62,509 nt of DNA, taken from positions 1-62,509 of the forward strand of contig DATDHT010000056.1 of NCBI GenBank assembly GCA_036521435.1. Reading direction: 5' to 3'. The position numbers and the translations under genes were made by a program. Under the pieces are notes generated by a model that saw nothing but the letters and a program-made list of their open reading frames with translations, did not search any database and was not told the origin of the DNA. The DNA is from Roseiarcus sp. (GTDB taxonomy: Bacteria > Pseudomonadota > Alphaproteobacteria > Rhizobiales > Beijerinckiaceae). Every line of letters starts with the position of its first letter. Position 1 is the stretch's first letter. This document shows, one piece after another, positions 50,019-61,352 of the stretch.

Positions 50019-51266
50019 GTGAATAAGCTAGTTCAACCAGCGCTCGACACTTACGATGTCGAAGCGGTACGGGCGGATTTCCCGATCCTCGCCGAGCGCC
50101 CTTACGGAAGGCCGCTTGTCTATTTGGACAACGCTGCCTCAGCTCAGAAGCCGAGGCAAGTCCTCGACCGCCTGACGCACGCCTACGAGCACGAGTATGC
50201 GAATGTGCATCGCGGCCTGCACTATCTCGCTAACGTCGCGACCGAGGCATATGAGGGGGCCCGGGAGACCGTGCGACGGTTCGTCAACGCCGCCTCGCAC
50301 GAGGAGATCGTTTTCACTCGATCGGCGACTGAGGCGATCAATCTCATTGCGTCCAGCTTTGGACTCGCCCACATCGGGCCGGGGGATGAGATTGTGTTGA
50401 GCGTGATGGAGCATCACTCCAACGTCGTGCCTTGGCACTTCCATCGTGAGCGCAACGGCGCGGTATTGCGGTGGGTCGATGTGGGCGACGACGGCTCTTT
50501 TTCGCTTGACGCATTCGAACGCACGCTGAGCGATCGAACGAAGATCGTTGCGATAACGCAAATGTCCAATGTTCTTGGGACCGCGGTCCCAATCAAGGAA
50601 CTCGTCAAAATCGCTCACGAGCGAGGGATCCCCGTGCTCGTCGATGGATCACAGGGCGCGGTGCATCTTGACGTTGACGTGCGCGACCTTGACGTCGACT
50701 TCTACGTTTTTACTGGGCACAAGGTTTATGGGCCAACTGGAATCGGCGTGCTCTATGGCAAGCGTGAATTTCTCGAGAAGCTGCCGCCATACCAAGGGGG
50801 CGGCGAGATGATTGAGGAGGTCTCGAAGGAGGCGGTCTCCTACAACCACCCGCCGCATCGGTTCGAGGCCGGCACTCCGCCAATCGTGCAGGCTATCGGG
50901 CTTGCGGCTGCATTGGACTATGTCGAGGGAATCGGGCGCCACCGCGTCCGCGCGCATGAGGAAGCGTTGTGCGCTTACGGGCACAAACTGCTGTCGTCGA
51001 TTGGTTCCCTGCGCATAATTGGCGTTGCACAAGGCAAAGGCCCCATCGTCTCATTTACGATGGAGGGCGCACACGCGCATGACATCGCAACTTTGATCGA
51101 TCGATCGGGCGTCGCCGTCAGGGCTGGAACGCATTGCGCGATGCCGCTATTGCAAAGGTTCGGAGTGACATCCACCTGCCGCGCCTCGTTTGCGCTCTAC
51201 AACACCTTCGACGAAGTTGATGCGCTGGCGGAAGCGCTGATCCGCGCGCGAAAGCTCTTCCAGTAG
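50019..51266 (+). CDS. sufS: Cysteine desulfurase SufS
   Basis: YLDNAASAQKP, NVHRG, EHHSN.VPW, TGHKVYGPTGIG, FEAGTP, RAGTHCA.PL. Confidence 0.97.
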   Translation: MNKLVQPALDTYDVEAVRADFPILAERPYGRPLVYLDNAASAQKPRQVLDRLTHAYEHEYANVHRGLHYLANVATEAYEGARETVRRFVNAASHEEIVFTRSATEAINLIASSFGLAHIGPGDEIVLSVMEHHSNVVPWHFHRERNGAVLRWVDVGDDGSFSLDAFERTLSDRTKIVAITQMSNVLGTAVPIKELVKIAHERGIPVLVDGSQGAVHLDVDVRDLDVDFYVFTGHKVYGPTGIGVLYGKREFLEKLPPYQGGGEMIEEVSKEAVSYNHPPHRFEAGTPPIVQAIGLAAALDYVEGIGRHRVRAHEEALCAYGHKLLSSIGSLRIIGVAQGKGPIVSFTMEGAHAHDIATLIDRSGVAVRAGTHCAMPLLQRFGVTSTCRASFALYNTFDEVDALAEALIRARKLFQ

Positions 51267-51270
51267 GGAG

Positions 51271-51675
51271 ATGGGCATGGACGACGCGCGGACTCACGCG
51301 AGCGAAATCGAAGCCTCAGCCGCGCATAATATGCAGATCAGGCCGCCATCGGCGATGGGGCCTGACGAATTGAGCCAGTTGACGGATTCCATTATCGCGG
51401 CGCTGAAAACTGTTTATGATCCGGAAATTCCGGCAGACATCTACGAACTGGGACTCATCTACAACGTTGATATAGACGACGGCCGTTTTGTCACCGTCGA
51501 CATGACATTGACGGCACCTGCTTGTCCGGTCGCCGGCGAAATGCCCGGGTGGGTGGAGAATGCGGTCAGCGCGGTCCCGGGTGTCACGGGCGCCAAGGTG
51601 AACATGGTTTTTGATCCGCCTTGGGAACAGAGTCGTATGTCGGACGAGGCGCGCGTCGCACTCGACATGTGGTGA
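51271..51675 (+). CDS. sufT: SUF system Fe-S assembly protein (DUF59, SufT-like)
   Basis: LKTVYDPEIP.DIYELGLIY, MTLTAPACPVAG, FDPPW...RMS. Confidence 0.9.
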   Translation: MGMDDARTHASEIEASAAHNMQIRPPSAMGPDELSQLTDSIIAALKTVYDPEIPADIYELGLIYNVDIDDGRFVTVDMTLTAPACPVAGEMPGWVENAVSAVPGVTGAKVNMVFDPPWEQSRMSDEARVALDMW

Positions 51676-51761
51676 GGCATCGGACCTGCGCCGGCGAGCC
51701 GTCCTTGTCCGAGCACGACGCCGTCCTGGGCAGGCGCAGCAACGATCCATGGATCTGAGGA

Positions 51762-52937
51762 ATGGACCCGGCGCACGCCAAGCGATGGTCTTGGCTCAAT
51801 AACCAGCGAGTGCGCGGCCTAGTCTACCAAACACTGCTGCTCGCCGGCATCGCAGCGCTGGTTTGCGGCGCGATCTACAACGCTGTGATCAATATGCGGG
51901 CCCGCGGCATTCCGACGGGCTTCGGATTCTGGAACGATGTCGCCGGCTTCGACATCAATCTGCATCTGATTAATTATTCCAATCTGTCGACCTACGGGCG
52001 GGCGTTTTGGGTTGGGCTGCTCAATACTCTACTTATCGGGGTCATTTCCATTCCGCTGGCCACGGTGCTCGGCTTCGTGATCGGCGTGGCGCGCCTCTCT
52101 CCCAACTGGCTGTTGGCGCGGCTTGCGCTCGTTTACACAAGCGTTATGCGCAACACGCCGCTGCTCTTGCTATTGCTGTTCTGGTACAACGCGGTTCTCA
52201 AGTCATTGCCGGGACCTCGGCAATCGATCGGCATCGCCGGCGTCGTCTTTCTCAACAACCGCGGTCTCTACTTGCCAATGCCTGTCGCGCGGCACGCCGC
52301 CGCCTGGTTTCTTGGTGCGGTGTTGGTTGCGATCGTTTCCGCGGTCGGATTTCACGTGTGGGCGCGGCGGCGACAAGACCGGACCGGCGCACAAATGCCA
52401 ACCGCGCTCATCGCCGCCGCGCTCATCGTCGGACTGCCCGCGCTCGTGATAGCTGCGGCCGGGGCGCCGTTCGAGTTCGATATCGCCCGACTGTCCGGCT
52501 TCAACCTCAAAGGGGGGCTCCAAATCATCCCCGAAATGGCCGCGCTTGTGTTCGGACTTGTCACGTTCACCGCAGCTTTCATCGCGGAGATTGTTCGCGC
52601 CGGCGTTTTGGCAGTGCCGTTTGGTCAGAGCGAGGCAGCTGGCGCACTTGGCTTGCATCACGGCCTATCGATGAGGCTGGTTGTCATCCCTCAGGCGATG
52701 CGACTGATAACGCCGCCGCTCACGTCGCAATATCTGAACATCGTCAAGAATTCCTCGCTTGCCGTGTTTATCGGTTATCCGGACCTCGTGCAGATTTTCG
52801 CCGGCACGGTTCTCAACCAGACGCAGGCGACGGTCCAGGTGATGGCGATCACCATGGCGGTTTATCTGGTCATCTCGCTTGCGGTCGCCACGGCCCTCAA
52901 TGGTTTCAATGCGCGCTATGCCCTGAAGGGAGAGTAA
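51762..52937 (+). CDS. aapQ: Amino acid ABC transporter permease (AapQ/BztB-like)
   Basis: GFGFW...AGFDI, VGLLNTL, RNTPLLL, AEIVRAG, PPLTSQYLN..KNSSLA..IGYPDL. Confidence 0.9.
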   Translation: MDPAHAKRWSWLNNQRVRGLVYQTLLLAGIAALVCGAIYNAVINMRARGIPTGFGFWNDVAGFDINLHLINYSNLSTYGRAFWVGLLNTLLIGVISIPLATVLGFVIGVARLSPNWLLARLALVYTSVMRNTPLLLLLLFWYNAVLKSLPGPRQSIGIAGVVFLNNRGLYLPMPVARHAAAWFLGAVLVAIVSAVGFHVWARRRQDRTGAQMPTALIAAALIVGLPALVIAAAGAPFEFDIARLSGFNLKGGLQIIPEMAALVFGLVTFTAAFIAEIVRAGVLAVPFGQSEAAGALGLHHGLSMRLVVIPQAMRLITPPLTSQYLNIVKNSSLAVFIGYPDLVQIFAGTVLNQTQATVQVMAITMAVYLVISLAVATALNGFNARYALKGE

Positions 52938-52939
52938 GC

Positions 52940-54064
52940 GTGGACGCGCTGGCCTATGCTCGCAAAGTGCCGGAGCCTGAAGAAGCGCCACCGCTTCGAT
53001 CGAGGGGAGCGCTGGCCTGGGCCCGGGCGAATCTCTTTTCGTCGATTGGATCGACCTTAGTCACTCTCGGCTGCGTCGCGCTTGTCGCACATTTGCTGCC
53101 GCAATTGGCTGCCTGGGCGACCACACGCGCGATTTGGAGCGCGAGCGACGGCGCGGCCTGCCGCCAGCATCAAGATGGCGCCTGTTGGGCGTTCGTTGTC
53201 GCGAAGTGGGATTACTTGCGGTTCGGGTCGTATCCCGTCGCCGAGCGCTGGCGCGTCGATGTAGCGGAGGCTATCGGGGGCGCTCTGATATTCTGGTTGC
53301 TGCGGATTAACGCACCTCGGCGAGTTTGGGGTGCTTTCCTGTTTTTTGTTGTCTATCCGGTTCTGGGGCTCATTCTTCTGCACGGCTCGTCCTGGCTCGG
53401 TCTGCCGAGTGTCGACACTCAGCTGTGGGGAGGCATTTTCGTCACGCTGCTGACGGCCGTTGTTGGAATCGTCTTCTCTTTGCCGCTCGGCGTGCTTCTC
53501 GCGCTTGGACGCCGCTCACCGCTGCCCGTCGTCCGGTTGGCCAGCGTCGTATTCATCGAGTTCGTTCGTGGCGTGCCGTTTATTACGATCTTGTTCATGG
53601 CCAACAATCTGTTGCCATTGTTTGTGCCCGAGACATGGACGCCTGACCGCTTGCTGCGTCCCTTAGCCGGAATCATTATATTTTCCGCGGCCTATATGGC
53701 TGAAGAAGTGCGTGGCGGACTTCAGTCTTTGGGGAGAGGACAATATGAAGCCGCGGTGGCGCTCGGATTGAAATATGCTCCCATGACGGGCCTGATCATA
53801 CTGCCTCAGGCGCTGACTTTGGTGCTACCGGGCATCGTCAACAATTTCATTGGCCTGTTCATGGACACGACGCTCATCTCGATTGTTGGCGCGACTGACT
53901 TCCTCGAAGCCATGAACAATGCGATCAAGGATCCAGTCTGGGCTGGGCCAACGATCATGGTGACGGGCTATGTCTTTGCCGGCATCTTCTATTTCATTTT
54001 TTGCTTCGGAATGGCGCGATACTCGGCTCACATCGAGAGGGTTCGCGCCAAAGGGCGCATGTAG
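52940..54064 (+). CDS. aapM: Amino acid ABC transporter permease (AapM/BztC-like)
   Basis: W.R.NLFSS, GACWAF, G.YP..ERWR, WGG...[28 protein letters not shown]; GTG start 3 nt after the aapQ stop. Confidence 0.9.
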   Translation: MDALAYARKVPEPEEAPPLRSRGALAWARANLFSSIGSTLVTLGCVALVAHLLPQLAAWATTRAIWSASDGAACRQHQDGACWAFVVAKWDYLRFGSYPVAERWRVDVAEAIGGALIFWLLRINAPRRVWGAFLFFVVYPVLGLILLHGSSWLGLPSVDTQLWGGIFVTLLTAVVGIVFSLPLGVLLALGRRSPLPVVRLASVVFIEFVRGVPFITILFMANNLLPLFVPETWTPDRLLRPLAGIIIFSAAYMAEEVRGGLQSLGRGQYEAAVALGLKYAPMTGLIILPQALTLVLPGIVNNFIGLFMDTTLISIVGATDFLEAMNNAIKDPVWAGPTIMVTGYVFAGIFYFIFCFGMARYSAHIERVRAKGRM

Positions 54065-54840
54065 TGTCGAGCGCGTTGACCGACGACGATCGAGGCGACA
54101 ACGCTGCGATCCGATTTATAGGGGTCCATAAATGGTATGGGAACTTTCACGTATTGCGAAACATCAACCTGACGGTTGGGCGCGGAGAGCGCATCGTGGT
54201 CTGCGGGCCGTCCGGTTCCGGCAAATCGACGCTGATCCGATGCGTCAATCGGCTCGAAGGGCATCAGCGCGGATCGATAATGATCGATGGGGTGGAGCTG
54301 ACCGACGAAATTAAGCGGATCGATGAAGTGCGGCGAGAAGTCGGGATGGTGTTCCAAAACTTCAACCTGTTTCCTCATCTCACCGTTCTAGAGAATTGCA
54401 CGCTGGCACCGATCTGGGTGCGTAAAATGCCTCGGCGGGATGCGGACGAGCTAGCGACGAAGCTGCTAGCACGCGTGAGAATCCTGGATCAGGCGCACAA
54501 ATATCCAAGCCAGCTCTCGGGCGGTCAGCAGCAGCGAGCAGCGATTGCGCGCGCATTGTGCATGACCCCGAAGATCATGCTGTTCGACGAGCCGACATCG
54601 TCGCTCGACCCGGAAATGGTAAAGGAAGTGCTCGATACCATGACCACACTAGCGCGAGAGGGCATGACAATGATCGTCGTGACGCACGAGATGGGCTTCG
54701 CGCGCCAGGTTGCCGATCGCGTGGTATTTATGGACGGAGGCGAAATCGTGGAGGTGAACGCGCCCCTACCGTTCTTCCAGCATCCGCAGCATGGGCGCAC
54801 CAAGCTGTTCCTTAGCCAGATTCTTCACATGCATCATTGA
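54064..54840 (+). CDS. aapP: Amino acid ABC transporter ATP-binding protein
   Basis: [45 protein letters not shown]. Confidence 0.93.
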   Translation: MSSALTDDDRGDNAAIRFIGVHKWYGNFHVLRNINLTVGRGERIVVCGPSGSGKSTLIRCVNRLEGHQRGSIMIDGVELTDEIKRIDEVRREVGMVFQNFNLFPHLTVLENCTLAPIWVRKMPRRDADELATKLLARVRILDQAHKYPSQLSGGQQQRAAIARALCMTPKIMLFDEPTSSLDPEMVKEVLDTMTTLAREGMTMIVVTHEMGFARQVADRVVFMDGGEIVEVNAPLPFFQHPQHGRTKLFLSQILHMHH

Positions 54841-54885
54841 GTTTGCATCCAGATGTACTCGGTGTGTGCGCGGTTTGTCCTAGCG

Positions 54886-56067
54886 TTACGCGCCATAAAG
54901 CCAATCGTATCGCTGAATTAAGCCTTGGGGCCCGAGCAAGCGCATTGTGGTATCTCGAGCGAATGCCCATGGACCACTCATATGATAGATGCGGCCAAGT
55001 TTGAGCGCTTCTCGTTGAACTCGCGTAGCCCTTGCTACCCGATCTCGCGAGTAAATTGAAACAGCAGCGGGTATGTCTTGCATTTGAGCGAGGATGTGGC
55101 CGATCGCGCCAGCATCCTCGATGGCTTGGGCTGCACCCTGTGCTAGGAACGGGACCATCGGATGAGCTGCGTCGCCGACAAGCGCGACGCGCCCGAGCGA
55201 AAATGTAGAAATCGGGGGTCGGTGATAGAGCGGCCAAGCGCGCCACTGAACCGCTGCCTGTGTCAGTAAGCGCGCTTCCCTGGACCACCCACTAAACGCT
55301 CGTTCAAGATATGAACGGTTCGCCGCTCCGTCCTTTTCAGGATCAGCGCCATCTGTCGGCAAGGCTGAGCCGACCGTAGCGACCAAATTTATGATCGATC
55401 CGGATCGCAAGGGATATTGGACGAGATGCACGTCCTTTCCGAGTCGCAGAATAATATTCTCTATCCACTGAGGACTAACGTCATTGGCGTTGACGATTGC
55501 GCGATAGGCAATGCGTCCAGCAAACTCAGCTTGATCTTGAGCTCCGAAGCCCAACTGGTCACGAACCTGGGAGCGCAAACCGTCGGCGCCGATCAGTAGA
55601 TCGGCCTCATCGCGGGTTTGGGTTACACCACGGGCCAATCCGACGGAAAGACGCCCCCCGTTATCTGCAAAATTGAGGACGGTCGCGCCTAGCGTCAGTT
55701 CGATGGCCGATTGGCCGCAGACGGCGTCGATGAGCGCGCGCTGCAAATCAGCGCGACGCGTCACCAAATATGCTGCGCCCCAGCGCCGTTCCGCGCCGTC
55801 CAGGGGCATTCGCATAAGCTCGGTGCCATCCGAGCCTCGCAACACGACGACGGCGCGCGGCCTTGAGGCGTACGGTAGCACCCGCTCGAGGACACCGAGT
55901 CTAGCTAAGATGCGCGCCGCGTTCGGTGTGACCTGCAACCCAACCCCAAGTTCATCGAGCGAGTTCGCCCTCTCGTATATGGCGACCGTGAACCCCGCAC
56001 GTAACAGCGCTATTGCTGCGGTAAGTCCCGCGATTCCGGCACCGGCGATGATTGCGCGCCGCGGCAA
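54886..56067 (-). CDS. FAD-dependent monooxygenase (salicylate-hydroxylase-like)
   Basis: IAGAGIAGL, IGADGLRS, LVGDAAHPM.PFLAQGAAQAIEDA. Confidence 0.92.
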   Translation of the reverse strand: MPRRAIIAGAGIAGLTAAIALLRAGFTVAIYERANSLDELGVGLQVTPNAARILARLGVLERVLPYASRPRAVVVLRGSDGTELMRMPLDGAERRWGAAYLVTRRADLQRALIDAVCGQSAIELTLGATVLNFADNGGRLSVGLARGVTQTRDEADLLIGADGLRSQVRDQLGFGAQDQAEFAGRIAYRAIVNANDVSPQWIENIILRLGKDVHLVQYPLRSGSIINLVATVGSALPTDGADPEKDGAANRSYLERAFSGWSREARLLTQAAVQWRAWPLYHRPPISTFSLGRVALVGDAAHPMVPFLAQGAAQAIEDAGAIGHILAQMQDIPAAVSIYSRDRVARATRVQREALKLGRIYHMSGPWAFARDTTMRLLGPQGLIQRYDWLYGA

Positions 56068-56070
56068 GCT

Positions 56071-56313
56071 TCACGCGAGGTCGCGCAATTCGCACTCGGC
56101 TGGCGAGCAGGGCCCGCTGAGATTGCTGTTGTAGACGAAGTGAGTCGAACAATAAGAGCAGATCGCCTCGATATCGGAGCCCATGTCGATGAAAATGTGG
56201 GGATGGTCAAACGGCGGCCTCGCGCCGGTGCACATAAATTCCGTAACGCCCACCTTGATCAAAGGGACGCCGAGATCATTGTGAAAGTGCGGGATTGAGC
56301 GGTCCACCATCAA
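56071..56313 (-). CDS. Zinc-finger (zf-CHCC-like) small protein
   Basis: IPHFHND.G, EFMC.GA.PPFDHPHIFIDMG....CSYCST.F. Confidence 0.88.
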   Translation of the reverse strand: MMVDRSIPHFHNDLGVPLIKVGVTEFMCTGARPPFDHPHIFIDMGSDIEAICSYCSTHFVYNSNLSGPCSPAECELRDLA

Positions 56314-56544
56314 CGACGCTCCTTCTAGGCGCTTGCGTTAAAGCATGTTCGAAGTGGCGAAGCCAGCGGGGTGTCTATGCTGGGTGCCGCGTAGCAACCA
56401 CCGCCACGCCTTCTCCCCAAAGCATTTCGGCTCACTCGAAAAAATAATATGAAATATTTATGGGGCTGTCCCAGATGGGTTTGGCGAGGCCTTGAGTTTG
56501 GTCAACGTTCGAGGGTTTGCAATTGCTGGCCCGGTGTTTCGCAG

Positions 56545-57357
56545 TTGAAGCGAAATTCGGTTTCCGCGGGAGGCAGGTTGGAAAGATAGTATTTGCGCTC
56601 GCCCAAGGCGCGACGCTCGCCAACGAGCCAGGCCTCCTTCGCCTGGCATTGCTGCATGCCCTTCTCATGGATGCGTTATGGTGGACCATCGGCGATCCGC
56701 ACGAGGACGGCGGCGAAGGAGGCCGCCAAAGGCCGTTTGGTTCCCTTGCGCCAGCTGACGCGTCGCCACTTTGTGGTGGTAAGAACGTCTTCAGCCGGCG
56801 CGGATAGCTGATTGGGAATATGGCGCTTGCGCGGCCGCCCGCGTCCGGCGATCGGAAAGACGAGTCTGACGTTGCTCGGGTAGACCTTCTGCAGCTTCGG
56901 GATTCCAACCGCCCGCTTCAGGCCGCGCCCTTCGAGCCCTTGGTGGAATGGCGCGAACAGGCCATAGCCTGCATCCGCTAGCACCGTCGCCAACCGAACA
57001 CCTGCGGCGCGGATGTGATCGATCTCGGCCAGCGCGATCTCCGGCTTCGTCCCTGCCGCCCGCCAGTTCTTGGGCACATGCCTCCGCCATCCGGTCACTG
57101 GCGCCGGTCCAGTTCTCCGTCAGAAACAGGCTCAGGCCGATCATCACAGGAACCTCGTCCCGCGCCAGCATCAGGGACACCTGCGCCTGGCAATTGGCGG
57201 TCTTGTCGAGCACCGAGGGATATTGCGGCGCGCCCCCGACCCAATGCGACCCCTTCTTCGGCAGCGCGGTGTCGTCGACGACAAGGACGGTATCGGTTCC
57301 GCCGATCAGCTTGTCCGCCTGAATCGCGAGCTCCTCTTCCAGCGGCGCTTCGTTCCA
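56545..57357 (-). mobile_element. IS701-family transposase remnant (frameshifted, truncated at both ends); boundaries approximate
   Basis: Fragments across frames: VVDDTALPKKGSHWVG, NCQAQVSL, KPEIALAEID, VLADAGYG, WRRVSWRKGTK, EAWLVGERR..GERKYYLSNLP. Confidence 0.8.
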
Positions 57358-57931
57358 GAAGGCTCATCTCAAAGAGTTGCCGGGGACGACGGCGATCGAA
57401 ATCTGGTTCCAGGACGAAGCCCGAATTGGCCAGAAGAACGGCCTCGTCCGCCAGTGGGCCCGGCGTGGAACGCGACCCAGGCAGCCAGCCGACCAGCGCT
57501 ATGACAACGCCTATCTGTTCGGTGCGATCTGTCCGGCTCGCGGCGTCGGAGCAGCGCTGGCGTTGCCCTACGCCGACACCGACATGATGCAACTCCACCT
57601 CGACGAGATCGCACGCAACGTCGCCGAGGGCTCACACGCCGTGCTGCTGCTCGATCGCGCCGGATGGCACACGACAGGCAAACTGAACGTGCCCGAAAAC
57701 ATCACGCCGATCTTCCTGCCCTCACGCACGCCAGAACTCAATCCGGACGAGAACGTCTGTCAGTACTTGCGTCAGACGTGGCTCTCGAACACCGTCTTCG
57801 AAAACTACGACGCCATCGTAGACGCAGCTTGCGATGCGTGGCGAAAGTTTATCGCCTGGCCCGAACGCATCACATCCATCGGAATGCGAAAATGCGCCCA
57901 CATCGGTCAGCTCTCATGACCATTAGTATTA
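57358..57931 (+). mobile_element. IS630-family element, 3' half (DDE domain) only
   Basis: IWFQDEARIGQKN, WARRGTRP, LDRAGWH, LP..TPELNPDEN; closely resembles the copy at about 61966-62509; ends ...GTATTA. Confidence 0.88.
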
Positions 57932-57949
57932 TGTCTGGACAGCCGAGGA

Positions 57950-58290
57950 CCGGCTCTATGCCGCGGCTGTCTCGACCTGTTCTCCCGACGAGCCGCCGGC
58001 TGGTCAATGACGCGTTGTTATGGCGATCTGGGGGCGCGGGCGCACGGATCCGTTGCAGCCAATACACGAGCGAGCAGTTCCAGCGGCTGATGGCCGGACG
58101 ATGGCGCCGACTGTTCGATGAGCCGTCCCGGAAACATGTGGGACAACGCCGCCATGGAAAGCTTCTTCTCGTCGCTGAAAACCGAACGGGTTAACAGTAA
58201 GGTCTACCGTAAGCTGGACCACGCCAGGGCCGACGTGTTCCACTACGTCGAGAGATTCTTGAATCAGCCCCGCCGCGATTCCGAAATCCC
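57950..58290 (+). mobile_element. IS3-family transposase (rve core) remnant
   Basis: LDLFSRR..GWSM, SQYTSEQFQRLM, MSRPGN.WDNAAMESFFSSLKTER in broken frames. Confidence 0.82.
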
Positions 58291-58424
58291 CCTGAGTCAG
58301 CCAGCAGAGCCTTTGATATTAGTTGGTATCGGTGCTCTATATCAAGAGCGAGAAGTCAATCCCTCGGCGTTCATTGCCTCCGAATAAGACGTTAGTTGAG
58401 AGCGCGCTTAAGGCTGGATAAGAT

Positions 58425-59753
58425 TTGATGCGAGAGCGAAGGACGAACGTACTAATTCTTGGTTCTGGTGCCAGGGAGCATGCATTGGCTCGGGCATGCA
58501 AAAAGTCCGCTTTTATTGGAAATCTTTTTGTGGCCCCGGGTAATCCGGGTTGTGCAACCGTCGCTCACATTGTACCGCTGAATCTAACCGAACATGCGAA
58601 GGTAGTCGCCTTTTGTCAGAGAGAGGCTATTAATCTGGTGGTAGTCGGTCCCGAGGCCCCACTTGTGTCGGGTTTGGCAGATGATCTAATACACGCAGGC
58701 ATATTGTGCTGCGGCCCGACGAGAGACGCGGCCCGGCTCGAAGGGTCGAAAGGATACGCCAAGGATTTCTGCCGCGAATTCGGGATACCGACAGGCGATT
58801 TTCGGCGATTCCGAGATCCGAAAGAGGCAAAGACGTATATCCGCAAGAGTGGTGCGCCGATCGTCGTTAAAGCTGATGGGCTTGCTGCGGGGAAGGGGGT
58901 TGTCGTTGCCAAGACAGTTGAAGAGGCAGAGGTCGCAGTCGACAGGTTTCTGTCCAGTACGGGAACGTCCGGAGAAGCGGAAATCGTCGTTGAAGCGTTT
59001 CTTGAAGGTGAGGAGATTTCGTTTTTCGCCTTGTGCGATGGCGTAATAGCGATGCCTTTCTCCAGCGCGCAGGATCATAAACGCGTGGGTGAAGGCGATA
59101 GCGGCCCGAATACCGGAGGGATGGGCGCTTATTCACCGCCGGCCATAGTGACGCCGAGACTAACCCAGCGCGTTATGAGGGAAATTGTAGCGCCGACATT
59201 GCGCGGGATGAATGAAAGGGGTTCGCCCTTTCGAGGGTTGTTATTTGCAGGATTAATGGTCGATGAACGTGGGCCGAAGGTGATTGAATTCAATGTGCGA
59301 TTTGGGGATCCCGAAGCAGAGGTCATCCTAGCGCGTCTCAAAAATGACCTACTGCCGCTTCTAGTTGCCTGTGCCAGCGGAACTCTGAGCGGCAACCGAC
59401 CTAGATTTTCTTCCGACGCGGCGCTGGCGGTCGTGATGGCTGCTCGAGGCTATCCTGGCCAGCCGCTACGGGGATCCCTGATCGGAGCAATCGAAGATGC
59501 TGAATCGGTGCCAGGAGTTGTCGTTCTTCAGGGGAGCACACGTGAAGTCGACGGCGCTATCTTCGCCGATGGGGGAAGAGCCCTAACGATAACCGCGCAG
59601 GGGAGCGACGTTGCTGACGCGCGTGAGCGAGCGTACGCGGCTACCGATCGAATCAAATGGCCAGAGGGTTTTTTCCGGCGAGATATTGGTTGGCGCGCAA
59701 TAACCCACAATAGCAAAAAAGCAGGCGCTGTGGAGGTAGTTGGCGGCAGATAG
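58425..59753 (+). CDS. purD: Phosphoribosylamine-glycine ligase
   Basis: LGSGAREHALA, APGNPG, VVGPEAPL, LEGSK, VVKADGLAAGKGV, QDHKR..EGD.GPNTGGMGAYSP, EFNVRFGDPE. Confidence 0.96.
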   Translation: MMRERRTNVLILGSGAREHALARACKKSAFIGNLFVAPGNPGCATVAHIVPLNLTEHAKVVAFCQREAINLVVVGPEAPLVSGLADDLIHAGILCCGPTRDAARLEGSKGYAKDFCREFGIPTGDFRRFRDPKEAKTYIRKSGAPIVVKADGLAAGKGVVVAKTVEEAEVAVDRFLSSTGTSGEAEIVVEAFLEGEEISFFALCDGVIAMPFSSAQDHKRVGEGDSGPNTGGMGAYSPPAIVTPRLTQRVMREIVAPTLRGMNERGSPFRGLLFAGLMVDERGPKVIEFNVRFGDPEAEVILARLKNDLLPLLVACASGTLSGNRPRFSSDAALAVVMAARGYPGQPLRGSLIGAIEDAESVPGVVVLQGSTREVDGAIFADGGRALTITAQGSDVADARERAYAATDRIKWPEGFFRRDIGWRAITHNSKKAGAVEVVGGR

Positions 59754-60170
59754 CAATAAATACTAGGCTAAGGTGGCTATAGCGCTCGGAGGCGGCGGCG
59801 CACATGGAATTGCCCACGTCTTGGCGCTGGGGGCGTTGGACGAATGGGGGTTTCTCCAGTGGCGATCGCGGATACGTCTATAGGCACCATTGTTGGCGGG
59901 GCGTATGTGGGGAATCAGGCGGCGCGCTATTCGGAATCATCTTTGCGAGTCTTGAGTAATCGCTCCAATGTGACGAGCAAGTTGTTGCGAGCGCGGGTTG
60001 GACGTTTCGCTGCGTGGCCGTGGCAGCCCCATACTGCTGGATCCCGAGATTTGTCTTGACCTGTTTTGGCTTTCCAACATGCCCAGTCGTGTCGAGGATC
60101 TCGCTATCAAAACCTTTATCTGGCGACGAATTATCTTCATAGTAACGAGATTGCAACGGTGCAGGGCCGT
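59740..60170 (+). pseudogene. Patatin-like phospholipase pseudogene, truncated by IS630
   Basis: GGAGG RBS + TTG 59740: MAADSNKY*AKVAIALGGGGAHGIAHV..L.ALDE, frameshift, then MGVSPVAIADTSIGTIVGGAY (degenerate GxSxG), with more frameshifts downstream. Confidence 0.8.
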
Positions 60171-61352
60171 TAATACCAAGTCTCGGTGATGATGACTGGT
60201 AGGCCCAATCGCGCATCGCGATGGACATGATTTTCGGGTTGGTCGATGAGCTTGTTCCAGGCCTCGTAGCAATGGTCGACGATGTCGTCGTAGGATTTGA
60301 AGATCCGATTGGAGAGCCAGTTGTCGCACTTGAACTGTCAGATGCTTTCCTGCGCGTTGAGTTCGGGCGCTTGGCCGGCAGCGGGATCAGGGTGATGTTG
60401 GAAGGGACGCGCAGCCTGCCGGAAAGATGCCTCCGGCTTGATCGAGAAGTAGGGCGGCGTGTCTCCCGGGCGCGATTTGCGCAGCGATCTCGGCGAGATG
60501 CAGGTTCATTGCCTCGGTGTCGCATCGCGGCATGACGAGCGCTGCGCCTTTTCCCTCTCTCGGGCAGACCGCGCTGAAAATGTAGGCCGAGGTGGTTCGC
60601 TGATCGACCGGAGCGCTTGGGCGCGGGCCGCGCTTCACCTATCGTCGCGTGGCCTTGTTTTTCTGGTCGATGCGCGCCCTCATCCTAAGCTTGTCGAGGG
60701 ACGTCGGCGAACCAGAGCTCTATCGCGCCGGGATCGAGGCCCTTCTCCCGCCTGACCTCCGCGCGGCAAGCGGGCAAGCTTTTTTAGAATCCTCGATTGC
60801 CCCTTCGGCCTGCGCGTGATGCCGAGGACGGCCGAAAGCTTGCGATAAATTATATTGCGCAGTTCGCGGCTTAGCGTCTGCTTGGCGACCGTGACCCTGA
60901 ACTCCTCGTACAGCCATTGAAGCAGATCGACGATCCGCCAGCGCACAACCCCGTGAACCGCCGCAACTGGGCCGCTTTCCAGAGTTGCCGCCAGCGCCGC
61001 TCAATGCGCGTCGTTCAACCGCGGCGGCTGTCCCAGCGCATTGCGGTCGATCAGACCGTCCGGTCCGCGCGCGTTGAACTTCAGCACCTAGTAGCGGATG
61101 ATTTGCAGCGTCACACCGCCGATCTTCTCCGCCTCGGTGCGCCTCGCCCCGTCATAAATCGCCGCAAGACTCAGTAGTCGCCGCGCTTGCGGCCCATCCT
61201 TCGACCGTCTCGGTGCCGCTCCGACACGATCAGTCTCAAAATCGCCTCGAACCGGAATGGGCATGGCGCACCTCCTCTGTTTGCCACCTTGAATCACTCC
61301 CCAACCGATTCGGGAATCCCAGCCCGAGTCACGCTCCCTGGGACTGGGTATT
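60171..61352 (-). mobile_element. Degenerate IS630-family element
   Basis: MPIPVRGDF...QARRLLSLAAIYDG, VRWRIVDL.QW, DQRTTSAYIF.AVCP..GKGAALVMP, LLDQAG; multiple stops and frameshifts; ends begin TAATACC on both sides. Confidence 0.85.
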
